This document shows, piece after piece, positions 52,134-64,000 of a DNA stretch of 64,000 nt. Source of the DNA: Lingula anatina (Eukaryota; Animalia; Brachiopoda); the NCBI GenBank assembly GCA_051362555.1, contig CM120648.1, forward strand, positions 13,078,587 to 13,142,586. Direction: 5' to 3'. Position 1 is the stretch's first letter, and every line of letters begins with the position of its first letter. The translations under genes and the position numbers were made by a program. The notes below the pieces were generated by a model that saw nothing but the letters and a program-made list of their open reading frames with translations, was not told the origin of the DNA and made no database searches.

Positions 52134-53167
52134 TTACTATGAAAACTAAAGGACCCCAGAGCAAATACTGTTTGATCATGTGCGTTCTTTAATAAAAAAA
52201 ATCACTTACACATTTAATAGTTTTACAAGAAACGTTTAAATGTAAACTTTGTCAACTTTTCCCTTCATTGTAGGCACTCTGTGATAAGAGAGGATTAATT
52301 GCAGATAATAAATACTAAAGAATTTATTCCATTCATTCATATAAAAGAAAACTATTAGCTTGATAAGAAAGTTGAAAGGTATAATGAAATTTAATCAGAC
52401 AAGATTTGTTGATATTTTATACATACATGTATTTTAGTGAGATATAATAATTTGATGAACAATGATATATATATATATAAATCATATTTGTGGTTAATCT
52501 AATATTACACATGGTGAGAAGATGTAAAAAACATTTTGAAAATTAATAGAAATTTTACGAAACTTCATTGAAAGGTGAAAAAAATTCACATACATATAGC
52601 CCATATAACTTTTCTCAATACCCCCTTATGTCATTTTCAAATTTCAAAACCTAATTTTTAGCTTAAATTTTCTCCTCCAACCATTCCCCTCCCTCCCAAC
52701 TTAAATAATGACCAGCCCCTTGGATACCATTTTTATACACATTCCTATATATGAAAGAAAATGATATAATCTTAAGAAATAGCTGCAAAATCCAACTATA
52801 GTTGATTATCATTTGTAAGACAAAAACAAAAAACCATATTGATGTCATTTTCAATCTTTGCAGTTATTGCGACTTAAACCAGATGTTCCAGTAATGTAAA
52901 TAACCTTTCAAAAGACCTGGTAAATGGCATGCAAGGGAAGGTTGTTGCAATAGATGAAGACAAGCCAGAGTTTAAAGTACATTTTCCAGACAACGAGAGG
53001 ACCATAGCATTGTCGCCTTATACATTTACAAGGTATGGGCAAGTGCATATGTTACTGTAAAATAACATGCCTTTTTGCATTTCGTTATATCTGCTATGTG
53101 CTCTTTACATAGATATAGCTTTTGAAAATCACACCGTCATACAAAAATAGGCAGTCAGAAATGTTAA

Positions 53168-53506
53168 AGGGATAGTAACTCTTCGTATGAGATTTATATT
53201 TCACAATAAAAACATTGTGAATAACTCACAGTAATATAATATATTCTGTTTTACCACAAAAATGGCAGTTATAGCTATTATTCTGATATCTGAGCTGGTC
53301 TTCAGACCACGTGACCTCCATTGACGGCTATACTCTGTTATAATCTCTTAAGAGATTTTAACAAAAAACCAAATTTTTAGAAAAAAAAAAACAGGGACTA
53401 ACTTTGAATGTAAAAATGGATTCATTAACCATTGGTAAGTATGGGAAAATTGTTGTTTACTCCAGGAAAATTCATTTTTTGGCCAAAACGAAGAGTTATT
53501 ATCCCT
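53168..53506. mobile_element. Kolobok-type MITE (TTAA TSD)
   Basis: ttaa-agggatagtaactcttcgt ... acgaagagttattatccct-ttaa. Confidence 0.8.
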
Positions 53507-55866
53507 TTAAGTAACTGATGTGAATGAAAACGCAACATGAGTTGATCAGTTCTTTCAATCTATGCTCTACACGTAACAAGGAGTTAAAATTTAAAAAAAG
53601 AAAAAAATTATCTTTAACTGAATGATTTTTAAAAATAAAACCACTGGATGTAAACAGAGTATTCTAATCTAATGGCTCCAACCTATAAAGTAATTTCAAA
53701 GGAAGTATAAACCACTGGTATTGTCAATGAAGTGCATTGGTTTTCATTTACAGGCACAGCAAACAATTGTGGAAAATCACGGCAACGAGGTCTCAGATAC
53801 CATTAGTCCTAATAGTGCCAGGGGATTACTTTGGACAGCGCTGTTATTGATGCCAGGTGTGCCTTTAAACATGGTCAGGTGAGTGTGGCAGTTGGCTGGG
53901 TCAGGAAACCTGAAGATGTACAACTGGTGAACTACAGTTCTCACAAGTGCCCAGTCCCTCCAACTGAAATAGTACAGTTTTATCAGACATTTGATGAGGT
54001 TGGTGCTCAACCAAGTGAGAATTTATCTTGCTACAGAGTTGAATACAAAGTGTGTGAGACACCCTTAATACCAATAGAACCTATCAAGGAAGAGCTAGAT
54101 GAGGGGGAAGAATGAGAACAAGAAGACGAAGAGCACTATTGTTCTGTGGAGGGATTTTTAACTGAAGATGTGGCTGATGTGCAGCCATTGCCACATGAGT
54201 TGCAAATTGACCCCCACCCCCCACCCCCCATTGACACTGCAGCAATTCTAAATAGTATCCGTGTACAAAGTCCAGAGACAAAGCAGCAGACGGACTTGAA
54301 CTCTGCTGCAGTATCACTCACTCCTGAGTTGGAAGTTTTTTGTGAAGAAAGTCTGGTATAACATTGACAATGCTTACGAAGAAACATGTTCACCTCGCCA
54401 GAAGTTGACAACGTCCCATTTTACAGTTTTTTTTCAAAAATCCACAAATATATCACTGGACACAATTACATGCAGTCTACATTGAATGTAGCTCAAAGCA
54501 ATAGTGAACGTCGGGTGTGCAGTCTGGTTGTTGATGTCCTTCGACAAGAATACTTGAAAAGGAAATCTGCAGGGTTAGACAAGCCATCCACTAGTGAATG
54601 TGCCAATATTACAAAGATGTCTGAAGAGGGGACAGGTGCTGTTCATTATTTGGCTGGAAAAAAACAGCAAAACTTCGTAAAAAAATGGATAAAGAAAATC
54701 CTCAGGGATATGTATAGTAAAAAGGTTCAACTGCAGACATCAGATCTACTTTTGATAGCAATCCTGTTACGACATCTAGAAGAAAAATATGAAGTCCTGC
54801 GAGAAAAGTCTGCATATCAGACATCTTTGCAGGCAATTGAAAGAAAGCAGTATGCTGGTGGTGGACTAACCCACGTGTGTGTTTTTGATTTTTTTAGTGC
54901 CCTTGAGATGGACAGGAAGAGGATTCAAAATACACAGTTGTTTCATGAATCTGGAGCAAATGTCTTGCAACTCTCTGTTCAGTCATTGTTGCATAACAAA
55001 GAACTCTTAGCACATTGGACTTCACTTTTTGTAGACGATCAATTAGTTGAAGTGCATGCTGATTTTGAAGTGCACAGTTCTCTTCTTACCGATTTTGACA
55101 TTGTAAGAGATGTACTAGAATCTGTCATTAAGAAATCAACATTGCTGTGTGATCTGTTTCACCAAGTGGTTACCGCCTACATGATGGTAGCAAACAATAC
55201 ATACCGTAAAGAGATTATTCAGGAAAATTAGGAAAGAACAAAACTCTCCAACTTCGTCATGCTATCTTCCAGAAGAAGAAGGAAGCAGCACAGAAAGCCA
55301 AAAAAACTGAAGTCACAATGGAAGACATTCGTAGCAACATTTCCAAAGGTAAAGTTCACACACTTTCTCGACTTAAGGCACTGCTGGTGCTGGATCCTGA
55401 CCTTTTTGCTACTAATCGCTGGAAAAGGAAAGAACTGTTGACATTGGCTAAAGCTTCTGGGCTTCCGTACACTAATAGAATGACTGTCAGGCAGTTACAA
55501 GAACTGTTGAGCAAGGAAATTCCTTCTTTGGTGGAGGTGCGTTATGAAGAGTTGATGAACGATGATTATGAACCTCCCTCCAAGAGAGCTAAATCTGCAA
55601 CTGGCAAAGGGAAGGGAAAGGTTAAAGGTAAAGGCAAAAGCTCTTCTGTACCAGTTGTGGCTGAAACGTCAGGTAGCAACATACAATCTGAACAGGAAGA
55701 TGATGAGGGGACTTGGGTGCAATGTAACTTATGTGACAAATGGTGTCATTCTAAATGTGCTAAACTGACAGAACAAACTTACCAACAACTTATAGACAAT
55801 GAAGCTAAATGGATTTGTGACGTGTGTGAGGATAGCAATGATTAGTTACATGGATTTGAAAACAAA

Positions 55867-58800
55867 TCAAGTGAACATCCATTGAGCACCCTGGTTAATG
55901 ATAATGGTATTCACAGCCTTGCAGTACTGCAAATAGGTTGGATTGGCATTGGCCCCATTGCACATTGCCCTTTGGGAAGAAAAGACATTTTCAACCAAGT
56001 CAGAGTTCAGCCGGCCAGGTACTACATAAGTAGAAGGGAATCTCAGCAGTTTGTAATCAACATAAGAAATAAATCCTAAAATAGATGACAGATCATCCCT
56101 GGTTTGGTGGGACAGGAGTTGGCTCTGGTCGTTTGTTGTTGTTGACCATTTCGCAAACCAATCCCACACTGACTTAAATGTTGTCAGACGTTCATCCTCT
56201 CTGTCCTTGATTGGTCTGAGGTTATGTATGATTGAGATGAATTTACTTGTCTGTTCAATTAAAGCAATTGTGCCTCTTAAATCTGTTGGGACAACCTTAG
56301 TATAAAACAGCCCTGCTACAGTTAGTCATCATTGTATTAAGATGGATGGAATGAAATCTGATAGTTATTATATTACTTAGATAGGAAAATGATATATAAA
56401 TTTAAGTCTATTTAGTTACTTTTATAAAAAGTTGAGTCATATATACATGTACCTGTATCAAGTGCCACATGTCATCATTCAAATATTCAACTGCCAATTT
56501 GTTGCTCATCTTTACTACTTGACCTGGGTATATACGGTATGCTCTTGTGTCACCGGTAATGTATGCGCATAGAGTTCACCTGTGAATCCCACTCGTATGC
56601 TTTTATCCAATGGTCCCATAGGACGGGGTGACCATGTTCATCAACTTTTTTGCTCCTTTACCAGCTGTACTTTTGTTCTTCAGCAAATTATTACGTATTT
56701 TCTTCACACAGTGCTAAAAGATAAAGGGAAAATATTACAACAATTGTAATATGTTTGTAATGATAAATGTACAAAGTTGCAGAAGTGCTGAAAAAATATC
56801 AATAGAAAAAATTGATTCACAGTAAAATACAATCACATAAACAATGCAACTATAGGTGAGAAATAATCATGTTCTCAAATTTCATAAGTGGCAGGACATT
56901 TCCTATTGAAAAACGCTGGGTTTAATTTGAAATAAGCTTCAGGATAGACAATGAGTAAACATAAAGCACATACAAAAGGTGCAATAACTGATTTGATGAA
57001 ATACCTTGCAATCCATGAAGAAAACCACTTCGTGATTAGTATCATAAGGGTCTTTAACTTTGTATCTGCTTTTCCTATCACTTTTTTCATGAAAATGTAG
57101 CTGCAGGAAAGACCTGTTGTTAGCAGCTCCATCAAAGCATGTGTAATCTAATGGATACTGTATATTACCAATCTTTAATACTATAGCTTCACAGATTTGC
57201 TCTGTGGAAACCTTCAATCTCAAACACTTCAGTGTACATAAAATTGAAAACTGCCCGCTGTCCTTTTCATTTTTAAAATTTTCTACATTTTCAAAGCACA
57301 ACTTGAATAATGACAAAAATGTAAACCTACTATAAAGTCCCAGCAATGCAAATGTGACACTGTCCTCCAAAATACAGTGTAAAGTTCTGGGGTTGTAGCA
57401 GCATTTATTGATGTGATATGTGCAATGGGGAATCTAAAGCCAGTGTCCCCCAGAAAAATCATCTGGAGAACATGGTCTGCTAGTTTGATTTCTTGTTTGT
57501 CTAAAAGTTAAAAAAAAAGTTCAATAAAAATAAAGGTCATTTCATATTTCCATTAGTTATACCTATGCATCAAATTTAATTTCATTTTAATAATAGGGGT
57601 CATGAAACACCTTATTCTTGATACTAATAAAAAATTAAGGCATGTTCATTGTCAACTTAACCTTAATCTGTTCTGTTAAGTACAGTTAAATGAAGTTAGA
57701 ATAATTAAAATGATAGGTACGTTACAGGTAAAAAAAAAGATGTAAAATGTCCTTTGAATTGGAATATTAAATAATAGTTCATGATTTAATCAGCCTGCAT
57801 TGTGCAGCATGAACTGTTTCTGCAACGTTACCATAGGCATATGCATACCATGATTCAGTTTCATTACTGATGGAAACAAATCCAATCAATGTATGCACAT
57901 CATTCTCCCTGTTCATCTGCAAGTCCTCCTATAAGAAATAACACATACATGTACAATATAGTATGTAAGAAAATAACTGTTAGGGTGTACTAGGGAGGTA
58001 TGTGTACCAGCGACATACATACATAAAATAATTTTCACCAGTCAATGATAACCATGCTGGCATAACATTAATATAGCTTGATTACAAGTATGTTTGCTAG
58101 CATGTTAAGTGTATACCTGTATAGACATTTCGTCAAATATTATGCCTCCTCTCTCTGCGTCCATGACTTGGCACATTCAAGCGTTGTGCTTCAAGGTGTA
58201 GCCATCTAAACTGATTATCTTGAAATCCAGAAGTCTGCGGTATACTGTTTTTGTACATTTGTAATAATCTTGTGGATGGAAAGATGAGAAACACACTATC
58301 CTTGAGAGTGCCATATGCTTTTGGACTTCTCGCCCATAGGGACAAACAGAGGCGTATTATTCTGAAATATGACACACATGATAAGTATTTAGTAATAATA
58401 CACTGATGTGTTTTATTATGAAGTTGTCGTGTAATTCTAAATATCATTTAAGTTTTAAAATATAGATGAGGATGATGATATTGACATTGTTTGCAACAGA
58501 AAAAAAGTTTTAATTGAAATATTGCATTATTGACTGAAAGCTTATCATATCACTTTGTACACCAATAATCAGCACCTAAACTGTATTTAAATTATTTAAA
58601 AATGAAATGCACTCACCGGTCTGGAATCTGTTTCTCCAGTTGCTTCATGTTAAATGGAAACAAAGTTAGAATGAACTGAACAACAAATAATAAAAATTAG
58701 TTTTAAAAAATTCAGGTTAGACAATAAAACAAAAAGTAATTAACATCCACAAAATTTGCTCATGCATATTTTCAAATTAAAAATTTTAAAGGCACAATGA

Positions 58801-60030
58801 CAGAGTAATGTTTTTTTTTTCTTTTTCACTCATTAAAATTTTAGAGGATGTGCTGAATTATAACTACTCCAGTGATAATGCAATTACATTTCAGGCCATA
58901 ATAACTGCCTAACAGATTATCATTATATAATTTGATTTTATAATTGGATAGTCATCAGATCAGACTTCTGAGGTCAAAGCTGAAGTTATAAAGAATTTCT
59001 TTACAAATGACATACTTGTAACATTAACGTGTATGGGTTTGTCAAACCCCAATGTTGAAGTCTGATGTGATTCAAAGTAACAAGAAGTTCAGAAAAAATT
59101 ATAATGCAGTCTACAGGTAGTTAGATTGAGTTACCTAGGGTCCCAACGATGGCGTCTCTTGTCAGTCACACCAACATTAGCTACCTGTGAGTTAATTAAC
59201 TAACAGAAATTCTCGTTGTCTGCAAGAGTGGGGTGGAATTATTTGATGACGGCTTGAAGGTCTCTGCCGTCAGCTACACTGACCTCAGTTGTTTGGTCTG
59301 TATGATTCTTGAGGCTACGACGTATACACTGCAAACAGTTGTAACACTTGCTTGTACTGGCATTAAATGGGGATACACCCCAACACATTTTAGAACTCTC
59401 TTTTTCTCTGCTCGTGCAGAGAATCAAACTATTAATACTGTTTAAGAAGGTATGCACCTTATGTGCAGCCAAGCTGTTCAATGGCTCAACACCAACTTTC
59501 TCAAGATGCACATCGTGGCTCAGGTGAGAGAATCTGAGATTTCCTGGCCCACTGCTATTTATGGTTAACTTCTTCACCAACCGGGCACCCGCTGACATGG
59601 ATTCTGTTTTTTTTTTTTTTAGTGTTTTTCCATTGAAACAACCTGGCATTGGTCAGACATGTAGATAGTGAAACCTGCTTCTGTGAGGGCATTAGTTATG
59701 CTACTTGGAAAGTCCAGAATGTCATTATTTTTTCCGAATCAGGAACTTTTTCCAGGATGATTTTGTATTTCGTACCATTTTCAACAAGTCTGACTGACTT
59801 TGGCAGTCCTAATGCTCTATTTAAAATTTTACCAACTATTAAATAACCTACAGCATTTGCTCCATGTTGGTTAGCAGCTTGCTCATAAGATTTATAAATG
59901 CTACAAAACTTCCTGGGCTGCATAAGTGGTCTGTGGCGGTAGTCAGCTATAACCCTACAAGAAAATGTATATGTGCTGAGCACCTGTGGCTTAATTCGAG
60001 GGGGGTACATGTTATAAAGTTGAATAAATG

Positions 60031-60072
<42 letters not shown>

Positions 60073-60250
60073 AACCTAGCTGTAAAAAAGCCACTTCAAT
60101 TTCGCGCTCACGGCTCCACTCCAGTGTACTTCCAGCTTAAAAAAAAAGACCTCGGCTTCACATCATACACCATTCAACGTGACTTCCACCACAATTCTGT
60201 CTCCTCCGGTAAAACTAAAGCAATGATACGCCTGGGTCACAACTAAAGCA
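55867..60250 (-). mobile_element. Decayed, intron-containing P-element/THAP9-type transposase
   Basis: Motifs in order: RHRWDPR, LSLWARSPKAYGTLK...FPSTRLLQMYKN, FDEMSIQ|EDL (D1), CFDGAANNRSF (D2), FFMDCK|HCVKKIRNNLLK (DxxH across an intron), PGRLNSDLVENVFSSQR..NGANANPTYLQY (catalytic E). Frameshifts are present and the 5' boundary is approximate. Confidence 0.85.
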
Positions 60251-62954
60251 ATGACACGTGTTCCAGGTTAACTCTCCCTGCTTACGCCAATGGCACCAAG
60301 ACAAAGAATTATCGTCTTTATAACGCCAAATTAACGCTTCGTTGCATCACTGCCCTGGATGGGATAAGTGGGAGAATGAGCAGTTGACATCTGCAGTCAT
60401 AATAGGAAGACGACATAAATAAACACAAACTTATCATATCAGTGACGGAGAAAGTCAGAAGCTACATTAGTCCATTTTGATTTAGAAATTAAAACGTTAA
60501 GATATGTTAACTTTGCTGTTGCCTTGGGTACATAGCAATAAATCGTAAATGTATTCCGATTCAAAATATCATTATAGTATGTTAAACAATTAAAACATTT
60601 GATTGATTGATGCCTGTTGAAAAACGCGTTGGAGGTAGTACGTATTCCGATATATGAATTTGAATACCTTCGCATTTTTTATTCAAACTCTGGGTCTAAA
60701 AATAATGCCCAAATTGCACCTGTAATGCCAACATTTTTTTTTTCTTTTTTATAATTTCACAACAGTCTCACAATTTCATGACCTACTTATCTAAAGTTAC
60801 ACCATAGGATATTATTTAAATTAAGCGAGATTACATATGTAGTTTAAGAAATACAAGAGCCCTAATACTGATGACATGAGCTTTAAAATGTTACATAAGC
60901 ATGTGTTAACATATTATAGACATCAGCTCTCAATTTCCTCATCCTATTTCAACAACCATATAATTTACGATAAGAAGGTTTCATGAATATTATGCTTAGT
61001 AATCACTTTATAGTGTTTTAAAGACCAAGCCACTGCTCTATAAAACGGAAGGAAGCCTTGTGGAAGAAACAAAAAACATCACGTCATCAACCTCTGTCTG
61101 TGCCTGCCTAGCCATAGTGGAAAACGAACTACGACCGACATACACCACCTACCTGGTAGGCGTAAATTTACAACTTAGTCAAGTCCAAGGTAAGCACTAT
61201 TTCAGTTTGGTGCAGTTGACTTTTCTCGGGTGTAGCTTTTTGGGCTGGATGTACGCCAGCGTAACTGTCGGTACGACGTCTAACTTAAGACCGGCTGATG
61301 CAACCTGGCCCTCATGTTTATTTTTTTTCAAAATTCAAATTTGTGTCGTACATACTGAAAAATAAAAAGAGTAAAGTTCACTCCTTATATACCGCACTAT
61401 AGATGCGTCTCAGCACGGTTTACAAACGACTGGCCATTTTTGAGCAGGATGCAGTCTGGGTGTTAACGCTCTCGACTCCCCGGGGATGGATACAGCCCAG
61501 CATGCCGTATGAGGCGCTGAAGGCTAGCAAGCGAACAAATATCTTTTTTTCTGCCTGACCGGGAACTTTACCCCTGATTCAACCCCTAAGCGCTGAAAGT
61601 CAAGAAAGGAGAGACCATAGAGGTACATTAAGAGAATTTAGGTTTCTTTGACACGTGAATAAACTGAATTTAGCACATCTTGTTAAAATGTTTTTCATCC
61701 AATATAAAGCAACTATTTATCCATTACAGATACACATACACTGCTACATATTCAACATATGTACCGTTTTTACATGAACTTGTGTTTGCATGTTTTTGAA
61801 GAACGTGGGTGTTTATACTTTGTTAATTACGAGCTGCAGTTTTCACTTTCAGCTGTGTCCTGTGCCAAGTTTTACTGGCACTCGCTTTTTATCCTTTTTC
61901 AAATCTGGGAAAGATTCACGGTTACCTTCAAAGGTAATCAGAGAGAATTGTTGTTGAAGAACTGTAAAAATTTAGTGAGATTTTTTGTTCTTTAGTCTTG
62001 CCGCAGTAATAACATTGGATGAAAGATTATGAAACGGGAGACTCAGACAAATATATCATATGGATGGCGTATAATCTCATTTCATTAGTCATTTTATGTG
62101 GTAATGGATATAATAGAGATGAATTGTTGAATCATTTCCTCGCCACGTGTATTTAAAGACGACATAAATAACAAATACGTCTTAGTCTTGGAACAAATAT
62201 GAAGATAAGCTTCTTATAACAATAGGAAGCGACATATTTCTTTATTCATTTGTGTCTGGCTACAGTGACTTAGCAATTACTTGACAAGGTAAATCCAATA
62301 AGCAACTATATATTTTAGCCTGAAGTTAAAAACAGGTGCTTCCGGGGCATGCAGAATGATTATAAAATATTTTTGAAACCCCTCGGAAAAAGTTTCAAAG
62401 TGTTCACAATTATTTAGAATATCCCTTTTGCCATCTTGTATTTAGCCACATTCCAGTTATTCTGGAGGAATGTTTGTCCTACAGGCACGATGTCGGTGGG
62501 ATTAACAAAGCTGCCACCAATATTTTGACGCCAATTTTCCACCCATCTTCAGAGGTAAACTCGCCCACCCATTTCTGTTCATTGCCGGTGTACCGCCAGT
62601 ACCGTATAGTATTGCTTTGGTAGCACGTTTCCTATTTTGATTCCAAGTGCATTGCTGGTTCCTCACTAAAAAACTCTATATTTTTTAACATACCTAAACA
62701 TTAAAGACCTCATTACTGTACTGTGAGCCCCACGGCCCAGTATATCCGAGCTCCTCTCCTAGGTAACTGTAATAAATAGGACGTTGATTCAACACAAATT
62801 TCCAATTAAAATGAATGTAAAACACATAACATGTAGGCGTCATCCGTTTAGACATTGCATTCATATACGAAATTTATCATTGACATAATGAAAAACAAGC
62901 AAACAAATTTGATAAAAAGCATCCAGGTTTAAAAGACGCTGCATAAGAGAGAGG

Positions 62955-63105
62955 TCTTGAGAGGTTTTTTAGGTCATGACAGGTGATGAGGTCATGAGAG
63001 GTCATGAGAGGTCATGAAATTTCATGAGAGGTCCTGACGTCATGAAAAGTATAAAGGTCCTGAGAGTTTTTTTAGGTCATGAAAGGTCATGAAGTCATGA
63101 GAGGT
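62955..63105. repeat. Degenerate 10-bp tandem repeat (aggtcatgag)
   Basis: Direct inspection. Confidence 0.8.
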
Positions 63106-63685
63106 GAATGGCTATGATTTTTATAGCACTTTATAACACTGAATGTTTAAGGATTTTAGACTTTTTTCATATATATCTCGCAACGCCATGTCCCCAAACA
63201 TGGTCTTGTCAACTTTGAAGCACATGAGGTGCCTGAGATTTTGATTGAGAAGCCAAGCGTCATTAGATAAATTCTATTTAGTATGACTTTGTTTTATGCT
63301 GAGATTTATTGTGGTTTAAAGAAGGGGATTCCGTTTCTTTTGGAATGACAGGTCTCGGATTCGAAGCAACCCTCGCCCCCCCTTGGAGTGAGTACGGGGT
63401 CTGCTGAAGGGCCCTGGAGGTTTTTGTCTTTTGGAGGGAAAACGGTGTCATTTGGTACGGTTTAAAAGTTTGAAATGACAAGTCAAATTTCTAATTTCAA
63501 GAAAAAAAATTTTTTTTTCAGAAACCGAAGGGGAGGGGGGTCAGGTCCCCCCTGACCCCCTAAATTCGCCACTGCATAGGGTTTGACTGTCACTTTATCT
63601 AATAATATAATATTCGCTTTCTATGCCATGTATTATATTTGGTACTGTCGCAGAAATATTTCTGTTAAACTATTTGCCATGAATT

Positions 63686-63794
63686 GGGGATAACAACTGT
63701 TCATTTTGGCCAAAAAGGAATTTTTCTGGGGTAAACGGCAATATTCCCATACTTTATTTAATATTTAATGAATCCATTCAACATTCAGAATTAG

Positions 63795-63828
<34 letters not shown>

Positions 63829-64000
63829 TTAAAGTTTGCATTTTTGTAATATTCTCTTAAGAGGTTATTACAGAGTATAGTAAGCTATGGAGGACACGTG
63901 ATGTGATGGCAAGCACAAATTCTAGAATAATGCGTTAACCGCCATTTTCGGTGGTAAAATAGAATTTATTATATTTCTATGAATTGTTTACAATGTATTT
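63686..64000. mobile_element. Older inverted copy of the 53168-53506 MITE family, running to the window edge
   Basis: Reverse-complement matches to 53230-53506 (ttttggccaaaaa, ttcccatactt, aatgaatccatt, cagagtatag, gccatttt..tggtaaaa). Confidence 0.7.

Larger units (their letters stand above)
48935..55845 (+). pseudogene. Decayed multi-exon PIF1-family helicase gene with a C-terminal partial PHD finger (probably transposon-borne)
   Basis: Motifs in order: LLCGQAGTGK (about 48940), TTGISA and DEVSM (50295-50490), GGVQVIFSGDF*QLPPV, LTDVKRQ*D, LSKDLVNGMQGKV (about 52910), QIPL, QGITLD, AFKHGQVSVAVG (about 53800-53900). Stops and frameshifts are present. Downstream ORFs 54386-55231 and 55318-55845 end in WVQCNLCDKWCHSKC...WICDVC. 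Confidence 0.85.

Noticed and set aside
48178-61100. Candidate TIRs for the P/PIF1 element (tatggct.aggc.gg near 48181 versus the reverse complement near 61085-61096)
   Set aside because: The match is too short and gapped, and I found no target-site duplication.
61440-61620. SINE-like or tRNA-like fragment (also 63310-63400)
   Set aside because: No clear A/B boxes or cloverleaf could be read. No tRNA or rRNA gene is supported anywhere in the window.

Overview
AT-rich, intron-containing animal DNA. The repeat content suggests an invertebrate, possibly a mollusc or other lophotrochozoan (inference only). Nearly all ORFs in the supplied track are noise; the real genes appear only after splicing by hand. 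(1) 0.4-33.7 kb: a cluster of small secreted-peptide precursor genes that the ORF track misses. Two intact 5-exon minus-strand genes (A, 7093-11335, 89 aa; B, 18100-22274, 88/89 aa) have a near-identical signal peptide, two KR/RR cleavage sites and a hypervariable C-terminal two-cysteine peptide ending Cys-Gly-stop (amidation signal). The cluster also holds a plus-strand paralog (C, from 24835), a dead copy of C (15570-15817) and a more distant member (D, ATG at 671). A and B lie in a tandem duplication of a head-to-head gene pair (about 6.6-15.9 kb and 17.4-25.2 kb). (2) 35166-41638, minus strand: a 904-aa MAP3K8 (Tpl2)/MAP3K14 (NIK)-family kinase with 11 coding exons. (3) About 48.9-60.3 kb: a decayed region with a P-element/THAP9-type transposase convergent with a PIF1-helicase/PHD gene. 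(4) Many transposon relics: Tc1, L2/CR1, RTE, and Academ-, Kolobok-, Zator- and Harbinger-type elements, plus microsatellites. All gene models come from reading the sequence and have no transcript support.
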